Virus record (IMG/VR): IMGVR_UViG_3300032290_001086
Strand: one strand, 5' to 3'
DNA length: 64,000 nucleotides
Source of the DNA: a virus
Lineage: Duplodnaviria; Caudoviricetes
Positions within the stretch are counted from its first letter, which is position 1; each line of letters opens with the position of its first letter. The position numbers were made by a program, and so were the translations under genes. The notes below the pieces were generated by a model that did no database searches, was not told the origin of the DNA, and worked only from the letters and a program-made list of their open reading frames with translations. This document shows positions 47,801 through 56,899 of this stretch, in pieces.

Positions 47801-50800
47801 AAGGTGGAATATATTGGAAACGGTATTCCTAATATAACTAGAGCTTCTGTAGTCACATTTACTAATACAAATAAAGCTCCTGCTCAATCAGAAGGAGATA
47901 AAATTAAAGTATTGATGGAAACTGATGCAAGTGGAAAGATTCTTTCTATGGATATTATTTCTCTTGGAATCAATAATAACCCAGATGAAATTTCAGAATA
48001 TTCTACTGGAGGTAATGGATATAAGCTTACCGTACAAAAGAGTGCAAGAGTAAGAACTCAAATAACTGATATTGATTATGAAATGTTTGCTCCTGGAGAA
48101 GTTACAGTTGCTCCTTCTAACAATACATTTATTGTTAATAACTTTATTGAAACCAGTTTAACTGGAATCAAGGCTTCCTTACAACGTGCCAAGTCAATCA
48201 TTGCTCCTGGTAATTACATTCTCTATGGTGGTCAATATTATAAGATTGCTAAGAGCCAGCCAAATAAGCCATATCTATCTGTATATCAGTATGTAAATCC
48301 AGCAAATATTGAAGATATTAGAACTTCTCTAGTAGTAAGACTAGAAGAAGAAAGCTATAATATCACTTACAGCAGAACATTAGGTGCTGCATATAATAAT
48401 GAACTAATTACTAGATTTGAACTTTATGAAGATGATAATGTTCTAAGATACTGGCCAGATGCTGGACGACTAGAAATTGGTGAACTTGAACTTGCAGACT
48501 TTACAAAACAGTATATTGATGGATTTACTGGGTATAGACTAACTCTTGATAGAAGCAATACTAAATATTGGCCTTCCTATATTCATGATTGGGATGGTAT
48601 TGATATCGTAGAAACAATTATTGCTGGAGATCCTACTGCTCCAACACTTGCAGCCCCTGGAATATCTGTAAATAATGTTGTTGCTACTGAACTCAGACTA
48701 GCAGATCCTGTGGATGCTACATGTTCAACTTATAAGAGAATCAAGTCTGTCGGTTATGAAGAATTAAATAGTCAATACTTTACTCATAGTGGTATTGCTA
48801 CTACAAATAGAGCATATGTTGATATTGTAAGTTCTACATCAACTTTAGCTGAAGATTTCCAGAAGTACGAAATTGGTCAGACAATTAGCATTCCATTTAG
48901 AAATCTTCAGCACGGATATTATAGAAGAGGGTATAATAATTTCTATGATTCATATCCACAACTTTATAAGTTTAAGGTAACAGCTTCAGTTGGTACTGAA
49001 GGTAGTGCAAGTTCAACTAACCGTGAAGGAGATAACTTAATTACTGGTATTCTCTATAATACTAAGCCAGCAACAACAGATCAGGCATCACAGACAAATG
49101 ATACTTCAGGAAGAATTTACTTCCAGAATATTGCTGGAATGTCTCAAATTCTAAACTCTACAAATACCTATACAGGAACTTCTACAAATAGAAAAACTAC
49201 GTATCAAATTTCTGACTACGTTGATCCACTTTCAGTAGTACAAGCAACTAGAGGTATAGATTCACTTCCTGGGGTTCCTTTAAATGGAAATCTAACTACT
49301 GGTGAAGGAACTCTTTCTGGAGTAACTCTAAATGTTGGTTCACGAACAATCACCACTACTAGTGGAATTGGAATAGTTCCTGGATTAAGAGTTATCCATC
49401 CAAATCTAAGTGAAGAATGCAGAATTAGCACTGTAAGAAGAACTGGAACCTCTCCAAACTTTACTTATGAAATAAATCTAAACTCGGGTCCAACTGCAAA
49501 TATCACTAATGGTACAATAACATTTGCAGCAAATGAGCCTGTAATTCTAAAAATTGATCATCCTCTACTTGCAGATCTTCCAGTGGGAACTGAATTCCAT
49601 ATTGTACCTACATTCAACCAAGAAGGAACTACATTAACTAGATTCGTACAAATCTATAAGAGCAGAATTGTTGACATTCAAGCTATTGGTGGAAGTGATA
49701 ATGTTATTAGACTTTATCTAGCAGATCCTCTTACTTTTGGTGGAACAAATTATATCACTGATGCTGCAAATGAAAATAGCATGACACACCCAGATTCCAG
49801 ACATTATGGTTTCTGTTCTATAAACATGGGTGGTTGGTCATATCCAAGAAGTGGAGGAAGCTATTTTAATTCTAATGCTGTGAGGACATTAACTCAGGCA
49901 GATCAACTTAAACTTCCTAACTATTCAAATAGAATTAAGTCTGGGGACATTCTAAGATATACATATGAAGCAAACACTGTTATTCAGGGTATTTCAACAA
50001 GTTCTGTAAATCTTGGAAGAGCAAATAATTTCTTAAGATTATCTTCAATTGCGGTTGATCAAGGTGATTCCATTAAAGCTCTATTTAATAAGAAAACTGA
50101 ATACTATGGAACTAGAGACATTTATAGAACTCAAGGTACTTATGTCGTAACACATAGAAGATATCTTGACCAATATGGCGATTCTACTGATGATTATCGT
50201 TTCAATAACTCATATTCTACAGCAGGAGGAACCTTCTTTACAACATATGCTAAGACAACTGATGTACAAGCAAGTGGAGGTGCTTCAACAATTACATTGA
50301 CTGATGTTAGTGGAATTGTAGTTGGTGATGTTGTTACTGGAACTAACATTGGTTCTAATAGAAGTGTCACTGCAATTAACGGAAATATAATTAGTATCAG
50401 TCCTTCTACTACTGGAATTGTTGCAAGTGGAACTACATTAACATTCTATGGATTATCCACGGCTACTCCTACAACATCATATTCATTTAATGGGACTACT
50501 TATTACATAGATTATGGTATTAGTGGACAAACTAGTGGTTCTCCAACACCTGCTGCCACTGCAATTAGTGTTTGGACTCAAACAGGTAATGCATGGGGTA
50601 CATATTACTTTAATGGAACTACATTAGTTCAAAATACTACTGACCCATGGAAACAATCTATTGTTCTTTCTGGTCCAAAAGATAAGCCTGGAGTTAGAAA
50701 TAGACAAAGTTTTGGTGAAAATGCGGAGATTACATTTACAGTTGATCAATTTGGTGGAATAGAAACATTATCTATTACTAACGGAGGAACTGGATATAGA

Positions 50801-53800
50801 ATTAATGATTATCTCATCATCAAAGGTGGATTATTTAACTTTAATAACCCAAGATATTCTAGTGATCTATATCTTTATATCAGTAAAGTGGACCCAACTG
50901 GTAGAATTCTATCTTTCATTCCAAGATTTAGACTATCTTCTCCACTAGATAATAGAATTGTCGATTTTGATTTTGTTCACTCAGGTGCAACACCTACATG
51001 GACTGCTACAAATACTGCTACTGTATCAATAAGTGCGGTAAACCATGGATATGTAAATGGCGATATTGTAAATCTAACATTTAGTTTATCAACTGGATCT
51101 AATATTGCTTCTACTGGTCAATATAAGGTTATCAATGCAACACCAGATGCATTTAATATTACTAACCCAACTTCGTTAACTGGAACAAATACTGGAAATG
51201 TTAATATTGGAACTGATAAATTCTATTATCAATCATTAACTACAAATACTGCTGCTACAACTTCATCTACTATACTTCCTGTTTCTAGTGTTTCTGGAAT
51301 CAATGTTGGAGATAAATTGTTTGGATTGGGTACTAATGTAGAAGTAGTATCTGTTGATAGTGATACTCAAATTACTTTAAACACTGCAGTAAGTGCTCCA
51401 GCTCCAGTTACATTAACAGTTACAAATTATATTTCTACAGGTACTACTACAATAACTGCAACAGTTTCTTCTACTACTGGAATTTTAGTTGGTGATGTAG
51501 TTGTTATTTCAGGTGCTACTGGCACTGAACCAACTAAATTAAACGGAACTTGGGAAGTTGCATCAGTACCATCTGGAACTACATTTACATTTGTTGTAAA
51601 TACTCCTATTACTACTGGTACATATACAACTGGTCTTGGAACTGCAATTGAATCTACTCCATTAGTATTTACTACATTCTTACCAGATGAAACAATGTAT
51701 ATTGATAATGTGAATGGAAGTGATATCTTCTTGATGGCAAGATATACTATTAATGGATTAATTCGTCAAACTATAGAGTATACAGTATCATATCTTGGAG
51801 GATTTACTGCTGGTCAAAGAGTAGTATTTACAACTCCAAAACCATCTCTGAAGACTGTATCTGGTGTTGTAACTGCAGTTACTTCTGTAGATGCAAATGG
51901 TTACTCCACTGTTACAGTAGATACCGCAGACAATATTCTATATTCTACACATCCAACAAAAGAAGATTGGCTATCTGTAAGTGATATTCTCGTTTCACAT
52001 CAAAATGATCTGTTTGCATATGATGGTCCAGTAGCACAAAGATTTATTCACAGTGAATACGGTGGGGGATTACAATTCTCAGACTTCAGCATCTGGAATA
52101 GTTACTACAGAAATGGAAGTGAAAATAAAGGTTATGGAATTTATGGAAGCTTTGGATGGGTAGGTAATTTTGCGAGATCTATTGATGGTGCAAGAATGAT
52201 TGGTTTAACTTCAAGTGGTGCATTAAGTATTAACTGGAGTAGACAAAGAGCAAATAGTATTTGGCAAGTTGCACAACCAATTAGACCAGGATGGACCCAC
52301 ACTGGGGTATCAAATTCAACCGAACTTACCACATCTGCATTCTCTCCAAACTTCGCTTATGTATATTGCCATGGGTCGGATACATTCTTCAACTCTGCAT
52401 ATCCATTCTATGTAATGGAAAATGGTCAGGCAATCACAAATGCAGGACAACCAAATACAATCAAGCACACAAATCTAAATACTGAAAATCTACTACTTAC
52501 TCTTAATAATGCTGCACCAGCTTACAGCCCAACTTGGTCCAGTGGATTCTACCATACTGGAGGAATTGGATCTCTAAATTATGGAATGTATAAGTGGTCA
52601 TCTACTTTTGATTCTACCAAGCCTTCTAGAATTAGAAATCTGAATAAGGTTTCATGGAGGTATCAAGATGCTAAGTTTAGAGGAGGTGTTTCTGGAAAAT
52701 GGGGAGATCTTAGAGCTGGAACTGGTGTAAACACCAGACTACAAGAATCAATGATTATGAATTATGTTCAACCATATCAACTCTGTGCATATGATTCTTC
52801 AAGAATGGTAAGAGTTGCTAACTATACCATCACTAGCCTATTCAGCACTGCTCTGAATACAACTGGTGCATCTGGTTCAAATGGTCTAGTAAGCTTAACA
52901 TTTGCACCTCAAGGTTCAGCTCCATACTTCCCAGGTCAAAAGATTATCGTTTCTGGAATGACTCCTGCATCATATAATGGAACCTGGACAGTTGTAAGTT
53001 GCTCAACTACAAATGTAACATTCTATTCAAATGCATCTGGCAACCAAACTGTAGCGGGAACTATCACACCAATTATCACAGATATAAACTTCAATGCTAA
53101 TATTTTTGATGGTAGAGTTCTCACTACTGGAACTGATCAGATTGTTGCAGGTAAAGATTACTTTATCGGTGGAGTAACTGGTGCGGTTGCAAACGCTATT
53201 GGAACTGATTATACTCCAGATGTTGACTTTACTGTATTCGGTGCTCCTAATAATAAGGTTGGTACAGTGTTCACTGCTACAATCACTGGAATTCCACCAA
53301 TTAAGGGAGGAGGTACTGCTAGAAGCTTCGTTGATATGAGTGGAAAGATTTCTAAGAATGATGCAATCTACACTTCTGCAGATGGTGTAAACTTTACATT
53401 CATTGGATTTGTAAATTCTATACTCAACACAACAAGAGTAAGATTGAGTGCTCCAATTGCTGCAATCTCTTCTGCTGCTAATGTGTATGTCCTGAGAGTA
53501 CGTGGTCTCAAGACAACTACATTTGATAACTCAGTTACAAATAGAGGTTTAACAAACCTCAAGGGTGAAAACGTTCTATCATCTGAAATGGCAGGATGTA
53601 ACCAATATAACGTGGCAATGGTTATTAGCAGAAGAACTTACAATACTACACCACTAATTAATACTGAAAACACTGTTCAACCTATCGGAAATAGATGGTG
53701 GTGGGGTGGAGGTGAGGTAGGACATCTATCTGTAAGACCTACATTTGGTGATCTATCAGCATTTGAATGGACTCCAATGAATATAAATATGACTAGATTT

Positions 53801-53881
53801 AATAAGAAAGTCCACTTAGAATCTACCGTTACCGTAAACGCTAGCGGTTCTACAATTGGACTAGATAGTGTATACATCTAA
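38846..53881 (+). CDS. Giant virion structural / tail-fibre-like protein (5011 aa)
   Basis: PAITFENDTDTGVY, CKRDIGYIVDAV..GGN and SSHTWEYIG.GPGNYSTGFP motifs; Thr/Ser/Gly-rich beta modules. Confidence 0.8.
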   Translation: MALTRVTSGGIAEGVVIRFSGNGTPEYRVPGSPAITFENDTDTGVYNPNPNELAITTGGTARLIFKSDGQIVTGNGTSLGGTNPDFANATNIVLYVNQSDKNATDVETNDGGNINRPFKTIERGLVEAARKSYVAQGQDRFEAYTIMVLPGDYTIDNRPGIDVTTNPLAASASETPGSSATTGNLATGSAWRFNPRNGGVIVPRGTSIVGYDLRKTVIRPKYVPSPISDDGSITSDNYVISGVMYDAANMIQKARGFIVEQAFLHAKQLYPSIGNINETCKRDIGYIVDAVITDLREGGNANSFVAGEFYTDGTSLRFIADGTEKIATLAAFNKARDIMLHAINAWITNNVPANYSFTEITTGATPGLKPSYTSTGVNKDYSTGSTYDSSCATAESAIISLMGIITGIVSNPDTYTELYKKVLGVGFQTSIFKVTGGCYFWQMTFKDAKTNPLNSVTYNGSGIPTFTQATTPFYSHHRVVSFTYADQRTTDGELDKYYKRIDSWAADITVGNEPRIARPEEYTIVGDASTKQSIDTVNSASPYIFNCSLRSILGLCGMHTDGSKVKESSFKSMVVAQFTGISLQKDPNAYWQPRNATGRVYTDSLTTFQTGDSIRNVENESESIDNLGPIYADPNAEYKHDWRHFHIKASEGAFIQVVSVFAVGYADQFLAVNGGDMSITNSNSNFGHIALRAVGNKFTVDPPSAYGKITALIPPAGISNTSQYTEIYPIATDITWKANLGESAEKTQPFWGQAKTNFSTANGNFFKLYLEIPGVQAESDIPELVVESKDVNTGNIVVKRFLTFGANNNYNLFRDYYTTAGVQAQADCKISNQVDTATGGVSNYEAVIELAASATGDNTTNVPGNLQRQGYFWDPSRQKVYLKINPNYTSSRTYVADFLFSSVIETQFVTVTETLPDGSSQVVSRTEDVNVLEWWDSFPGSITSAKFVDARAANPNDLLWRVKYVIPKDYRDPDLKVLTPKPPEKRFIIKGTAPGNDGYGIPYSSYRFTIWDVQEIDTWERDVRDGVYYLTVLRADVDKFMDGDSGSYKNSPITLTRDDQYQTIVADGLSELYRNDNNYRVSTNVNYLYPSTNEEGNITNARTIWNPPQTDSRCIVEYLSGQGANGAYRPKDVSVPNKKYYNTSVSTTPFYEVPALTSVTAEACHRLVAALNLCYVKNVSTTSTQIKVAPVCSWDARTTFGTQTINGTANTALFNSVSTTFNIYGDVSESNPTNYRWGSGKSFNSTSDLNQYGVNGSEEDRKIVCCSYSPSVTNITNGNEVTNESNTILSLGPVVPLYRPSILRASSHTWEYIGIGPGNYSTGFPNLQTRVLKPYEQFIVQGYENGGGFIASSGTNSAGDFYIGNQVIQAGGQSTTTLNVPKVRKSSESNSVDFTDIENRIANNVINVIASENRSSASQNLLKGLSNFFTTARLTVSDRANIQTLYITDKLYIANTKILNGDKFPEGGPEGYGFAKGARPEKTGFIATDTNDRLYVSPKFLDAWRIKKKILSASNVNLDNNRIYIEPLSRTFINSIQTSLTTALTIPTLFNGSLVRNIVGGVTYGVLTITGGATATSLNLYVGMKIAQYVTSGSAVLTGEARIKSIDSTTQVTLENVTAVPATSTSGQFYGIDRIRLFDTSGLPPFGRIDLEMSINQITAEDYILDSGIKYYFNPTINISLQYDDIDYTNNTLEVTTIQNYLSYYDYVRSVLPASSAFNLHTITRNYSSVLPVIDSDATLTDTQYLSGTITGVTAHPTAGLISNTSIPSSIVDVPRNDFLVRIGVSSTFYNTVPSRGAVTIRRSVSGSVRYTTLVYFKNTNFSNQLCILRRIDTQSKSDSSFTYSTSDPFTKIFFTGSTCYASYGDKWTFESAFIPSVETITEDVDIESATLYTLPEKPVPYTGDVDTTYTDSIVPNPVTSKALGANLQTKRAVKTFQPFETLTQAAKFAEESAFGPTDEIEILMKPGYYRLVGSTFPCQVRINGSGVTSTTEQYSKEFAKRSAGRIGGYALTDVRSGDSVNFFRSADFSNNYAGRTDLLYVSTGGRNITSTGGLDISNVHFLGLNEAITRNEILDNSYSDDTQVIISRRRVRKAWYVKKSTGFPTSTAGVLGGLGFHATYASTTGKPSFSYTVNDAGLTDESGVIVAPAVDVNNVAKDARYMVITFTATNFSSTSGSPSDNQRFNWIKDYVIPGTTLFYFPNNTGTSATVDSTTRKTRVLDVRKNFTGTTLTSIQVYVAMYDGGGFTSEDEDLNISEINDLTNGLYFVFVNRDGDEFVTLTYNWCLEMRRQLLPKTFTTSGEGYDPTSVDTPEIYGIIAGYTRDTLNLVIDLNPTADFGGIRTFSFTTAGAAAGDETYNGITPVSPPTSGGTGAQFTVTRSGGVYSVLIAEAGSGYKIGDIITLSGTAVGGGSNITVTVGAITPAKSRYTGAGIMGKHPSILVKIGDTSEEYSVTIPTTPNGFLRTYGFTNDRFYLLEVNSAVIGSTTDNIGVNGTVVGGFSGYGFSDINGYSALDGGTFTFEGKTYPQSARRKTVFSSRAELDAVAKYNLYQSGGNQSANPYGYYRSGALGMTTRGREIFINYAQNYRISRKKFPTSAPPSVGNLGTTLIRVNGIPGSTNQVTLSDVTVGAFSDSSDRSNTYGGGYNGGLIAINNGQINIRGLRIRGNLILDWSSLLTAGGASRLNSNNKFGYGHSVDLIEPRETSYVTGIGANNYRRLNVSKDDINFQYYTTYTRTNNMYIEPNFLPTGKRVDYDSRAFPITTIAAIPKFDDQTLNYKTQVILDEKFSTQRLIYASSGANTSGYNLRYNNTTTTIPANTPGGHPNSAKELLRKTLVFTLPYSTENEQNIAENIAKNVFPNFTKIVRFGNTDSVLATVTQLSFYNQLGVAYFEITFSGNIEYNNLDKTDGTPSNWTGFELQLLTNYIPSQRFNYLATLTTRYKKIANSDVISSTGAAVGTYSRLEIGYDAAQKRSVFAENKDLKVEYIGNGIPNITRASVVTFTNTNKAPAQSEGDKIKVLMETDASGKILSMDIISLGINNNPDEISEYSTGGNGYKLTVQKSARVRTQITDIDYEMFAPGEVTVAPSNNTFIVNNFIETSLTGIKASLQRAKSIIAPGNYILYGGQYYKIAKSQPNKPYLSVYQYVNPANIEDIRTSLVVRLEEESYNITYSRTLGAAYNNELITRFELYEDDNVLRYWPDAGRLEIGELELADFTKQYIDGFTGYRLTLDRSNTKYWPSYIHDWDGIDIVETIIAGDPTAPTLAAPGISVNNVVATELRLADPVDATCSTYKRIKSVGYEELNSQYFTHSGIATTNRAYVDIVSSTSTLAEDFQKYEIGQTISIPFRNLQHGYYRRGYNNFYDSYPQLYKFKVTASVGTEGSASSTNREGDNLITGILYNTKPATTDQASQTNDTSGRIYFQNIAGMSQILNSTNTYTGTSTNRKTTYQISDYVDPLSVVQATRGIDSLPGVPLNGNLTTGEGTLSGVTLNVGSRTITTTSGIGIVPGLRVIHPNLSEECRISTVRRTGTSPNFTYEINLNSGPTANITNGTITFAANEPVILKIDHPLLADLPVGTEFHIVPTFNQEGTTLTRFVQIYKSRIVDIQAIGGSDNVIRLYLADPLTFGGTNYITDAANENSMTHPDSRHYGFCSINMGGWSYPRSGGSYFNSNAVRTLTQADQLKLPNYSNRIKSGDILRYTYEANTVIQGISTSSVNLGRANNFLRLSSIAVDQGDSIKALFNKKTEYYGTRDIYRTQGTYVVTHRRYLDQYGDSTDDYRFNNSYSTAGGTFFTTYAKTTDVQASGGASTITLTDVSGIVVGDVVTGTNIGSNRSVTAINGNIISISPSTTGIVASGTTLTFYGLSTATPTTSYSFNGTTYYIDYGISGQTSGSPTPAATAISVWTQTGNAWGTYYFNGTTLVQNTTDPWKQSIVLSGPKDKPGVRNRQSFGENAEITFTVDQFGGIETLSITNGGTGYRINDYLIIKGGLFNFNNPRYSSDLYLYISKVDPTGRILSFIPRFRLSSPLDNRIVDFDFVHSGATPTWTATNTATVSISAVNHGYVNGDIVNLTFSLSTGSNIASTGQYKVINATPDAFNITNPTSLTGTNTGNVNIGTDKFYYQSLTTNTAATTSSTILPVSSVSGINVGDKLFGLGTNVEVVSVDSDTQITLNTAVSAPAPVTLTVTNYISTGTTTITATVSSTTGILVGDVVVISGATGTEPTKLNGTWEVASVPSGTTFTFVVNTPITTGTYTTGLGTAIESTPLVFTTFLPDETMYIDNVNGSDIFLMARYTINGLIRQTIEYTVSYLGGFTAGQRVVFTTPKPSLKTVSGVVTAVTSVDANGYSTVTVDTADNILYSTHPTKEDWLSVSDILVSHQNDLFAYDGPVAQRFIHSEYGGGLQFSDFSIWNSYYRNGSENKGYGIYGSFGWVGNFARSIDGARMIGLTSSGALSINWSRQRANSIWQVAQPIRPGWTHTGVSNSTELTTSAFSPNFAYVYCHGSDTFFNSAYPFYVMENGQAITNAGQPNTIKHTNLNTENLLLTLNNAAPAYSPTWSSGFYHTGGIGSLNYGMYKWSSTFDSTKPSRIRNLNKVSWRYQDAKFRGGVSGKWGDLRAGTGVNTRLQESMIMNYVQPYQLCAYDSSRMVRVANYTITSLFSTALNTTGASGSNGLVSLTFAPQGSAPYFPGQKIIVSGMTPASYNGTWTVVSCSTTNVTFYSNASGNQTVAGTITPIITDINFNANIFDGRVLTTGTDQIVAGKDYFIGGVTGAVANAIGTDYTPDVDFTVFGAPNNKVGTVFTATITGIPPIKGGGTARSFVDMSGKISKNDAIYTSADGVNFTFIGFVNSILNTTRVRLSAPIAAISSAANVYVLRVRGLKTTTFDNSVTNRGLTNLKGENVLSSEMAGCNQYNVAMVISRRTYNTTPLINTENTVQPIGNRWWWGGGEVGHLSVRPTFGDLSAFEWTPMNINMTRFNKKVHLESTVTVNASGSTIGLDSVYI

Positions 53882-53896
53882 AATTCGGAGTGAACC

Positions 53897-54364
53897 ATGT
53901 CATTTTTTCTAACTGAAGACCAAGAGGGACTCGTAAATGAGTTCCTCGATAGGGAGAATCGTAAAATTTGTGAAAAACAATTAGAGTCTGAAGAAATCCC
54001 AGAGGAATTCAAAGATCTAATTAGAAAAACTATTGAAACTGATTCTCCTCTTCCATTTTTTAATCCTGGAATTGGATATTATTCCATTTCTTTTACTCCA
54101 GTAGACAAAGGAAACAGAATTTATATTCATCATCATCTAACCAATGTTTCTGAAGCAATCTATGATCCTTCTAGAGTTATAATTGATGATGGAGATCAAG
54201 TTGAAGAAGGTGAGGATGCAATTAATGCAGAAGTAATTCATCCGACAGCAGAAACTGATTACGAAGAGTTAAAATCTGCTCTGCCCGAACATATAAATTA
54301 TGATATTCCTGAAAATACGCAAGAATTTAAAGAAAATGGATATTACATTCCATCAAATGAATGA
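53897..54364 (+). CDS. Acidic hypothetical protein
   Basis: 155 aa ORF with GGAG SD. Confidence 0.65.
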   Translation: MSFFLTEDQEGLVNEFLDRENRKICEKQLESEEIPEEFKDLIRKTIETDSPLPFFNPGIGYYSISFTPVDKGNRIYIHHHLTNVSEAIYDPSRVIIDDGDQVEEGEDAINAEVIHPTAETDYEELKSALPEHINYDIPENTQEFKENGYYIPSNE

Positions 54365-54374
54365 TCAATAAATA

Positions 54375-54401
54375 AAAGAGGGATATATATCCCTCTTTTT
54401 T
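54375..54401. terminator. Palindromic hairpin / terminator after ATAAATA
   Basis: AAAGAGGGATA-ta-TATCCCTCTTT + T-run. Confidence 0.6.
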
Positions 54402-54419
54402 AATAGGTATATACCGCAC

Positions 54420-55109
54420 ATGGCAACAAATATTCGATTAAAATCCAGTGCAGTAGCTGGGAAAACACCCACACTTTCAGACCTTTCCCCTAGAGAGTTA
54501 GCAGTTAATACTGTTGATGGCAAATTATTCATTAGAAAAGGTACTGGAATCGGTACAGATACGATCCGAGATTTATCTGATCATGGTTCCATAGATGGTC
54601 TTGCAGATGATGATCATCTACAGTACATTCACACTACAAATACCAGAACTGGTGTTACAGCAGAATTTAACACTACTGGTAAAATTACTACAACTAATAG
54701 TATTGGGATAGGAATCTCGTCTCCAACTGAAAAATTAGATGTAAATGGAAAAATTAAAACAAATGATTCAGTTCTTATAAGTGATTCTCAATTAAAATGT
54801 ACAACAACCACAGTTACATCATCCACTGCACAGTTTGAAGCAGATTCTTTTTCAGCTTCAACCTTTAGAACAACTAAATACTTAGTACAGGTACGACAAA
54901 CAGGAACTTCTAATTTTTATAGTGCAGAGGTGTTAGTTCTTCATGATGGAACAAATGTGTATCTCACTCAGTATGGAACACTTAACACAGAAATCTCACC
55001 TGTTTCTTCTATTGATGCTGATATAAATTCTGGAAATGTTAGATTATTAATAACCCCTGCGGTTTCCGACACTACAACAAAAATCTCTAGAATTTCACTA
55101 ACAGCATAG
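54420..55109 (+). CDS. Tail-fibre-related protein
   Basis: ELAVNTVDGKLF; IGIGISSPTEKLDVNG; C-terminal KYLVQV..HDGT..YLTQYG. Confidence 0.7.
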   Translation: MATNIRLKSSAVAGKTPTLSDLSPRELAVNTVDGKLFIRKGTGIGTDTIRDLSDHGSIDGLADDDHLQYIHTTNTRTGVTAEFNTTGKITTTNSIGIGISSPTEKLDVNGKIKTNDSVLISDSQLKCTTTTVTSSTAQFEADSFSASTFRTTKYLVQVRQTGTSNFYSAEVLVLHDGTNVYLTQYGTLNTEISPVSSIDADINSGNVRLLITPAVSDTTTKISRISLTA

Positions 55110-55121
55110 GAGAAATAACAA

Positions 55122-56888
55122 ATGGCTACACTAAGACCATTAGACATTCAATACGGGTTAACTCTAAATGGTACTTTAGTACTTGATAGAGAAAGAAACC
55201 TTGCGGTAGAAAATGCTAGCATTAAAAACCTCCAAGTAACTGGAACTTTAACTGCTGTAAATTCTACAGAAACATATATTAAAGATAACAACATACTCCT
55301 AAATTCGGGTATTGAAGCGGGAGCAATTACTACTTTAGGAACAATTACTGGTGGTACTAATTATACCACAGGAAATTATAAAAATGTCCCACTTTCTGTA
55401 GTATCTGGAACTGCTGGTGTAGGTGCAACTGCTGATATTACAGTAAATGCTTCTGGAGCAGTATCTGCAGTAACAATTGTAAATGGTGGTTATGGATATG
55501 CTACAAACACTGTATTTACTGTAGCTGCAGCTGATATTGATTCAGATTCAACTCCAAACGGTTCTGGATTCCAGGTTACAGTAACTGCAGTTTCTGCAGG
55601 TTCTGCATCAACAGATGCATTTATTACAGTAGCAAGAGGTACTACTGGCAGTGATGTTGCTTTAAAGTGGGATGAGACTACCACTGACAGATGGCAATTA
55701 ACTAACGATGGGACAAATTATTATAGCATTTACGTAACTAATGATGCTTCAACTGCTGCAACTGGAGATAAATTAGTTCTTCGTGATTCTTCAGGTAATA
55801 TTAACGTTGCAACTATTGGTGCTTCAGTAGGAACATTTAGTGGAGACGTTGCTGTTAACGGTGGAGATATTACAACCACCGTAACTGGCGCTACAACTAT
55901 TTTCAATACTAATACTACTGATCTCAGTATTGGTGGTGCTGCAACTACATTAGCACTTGCAAATACTGGTACTGGAGCAAGAACTGTTAATATCGCTACT
56001 GGTGCAACTGGCGGTGCATCTACATTAACATTTGGTGGAGGAGTTTCTGGTAATACTCTAAAGATTGCTAGCACTGCTGCAGGTACAGTAAACGTAACTA
56101 CTGATGTTACTACTGGCATTGCAAATATCTTTACTTCATTAACTACTGGTACTCTAAACATTGCTACAGGTGGAGCTTCAGCAATTAACCTCGGTGGTGC
56201 AGCAGCGGCTGTTGTTATTGGTACTGCAACTGGAAACTCTTCATTTGCTATTAGAAGTAATGGTGCTGGTGGCACTGCGTCTATTACTTCAAACGTTACT
56301 ACTGGAACAGTTGATCTATTTACTGGAACAACTACAGGTTCAGTAAACTTGGCTACTGGTGGTGCATCTACCACTACTATTGGTGGTGCTGGAGCAACCG
56401 TTAATATCGGTGGTACTGCAGGAAACTCAACATTATCAGTAAGAGGTAATGGTACTGGAGGTTCTGCAACACTTGCAACAAACGTAACAACTGGTACTGC
56501 AAACGTATTTACATCTGTTACTGGTACTTTAAACCTTGGTGGTGTTGGATCTACAATCTATATGGGAACTCAGGCAGCAATTACTGGAACTACCACAACT
56601 GTTGCTACAACTACTCAAACTGCAACTGATACATTTACTGCCGCAACATTTAGAAGCTGTGAATACCTAGTTCAAATTGTACAAGGTTCTGCATATCAAA
56701 TTAGTAAAATTCTACTTACTCATGACGGAACTACAGCATACATTACTGAATATGGTACTGTAACTTCTGGAAGTGTTCTTGGAACACTTGATGCTGACAT
56801 TGCAACTGGAAGTGTAAGACTATTAGTAACAATGGGTTCTGCTACAACTGCAAGTGTCAAAGTAGCAAGAACAAGCATTGTTGTATAA
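55122..56888 (+). CDS. Tail-fibre-related Thr/Gly-rich beta-helix protein
   Basis: xxIGG/xxIAT repeats; C-terminal EYLVQI..HDGT.AYITEYG. Confidence 0.7.
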   Translation: MATLRPLDIQYGLTLNGTLVLDRERNLAVENASIKNLQVTGTLTAVNSTETYIKDNNILLNSGIEAGAITTLGTITGGTNYTTGNYKNVPLSVVSGTAGVGATADITVNASGAVSAVTIVNGGYGYATNTVFTVAAADIDSDSTPNGSGFQVTVTAVSAGSASTDAFITVARGTTGSDVALKWDETTTDRWQLTNDGTNYYSIYVTNDASTAATGDKLVLRDSSGNINVATIGASVGTFSGDVAVNGGDITTTVTGATTIFNTNTTDLSIGGAATTLALANTGTGARTVNIATGATGGASTLTFGGGVSGNTLKIASTAAGTVNVTTDVTTGIANIFTSLTTGTLNIATGGASAINLGGAAAAVVIGTATGNSSFAIRSNGAGGTASITSNVTTGTVDLFTGTTTGSVNLATGGASTTTIGGAGATVNIGGTAGNSTLSVRGNGTGGSATLATNVTTGTANVFTSVTGTLNLGGVGSTIYMGTQAAITGTTTTVATTTQTATDTFTAATFRSCEYLVQIVQGSAYQISKILLTHDGTTAYITEYGTVTSGSVLGTLDADIATGSVRLLVTMGSATTASVKVARTSIVV

Positions 56889-56899
56889 AGGAGGTTTAG

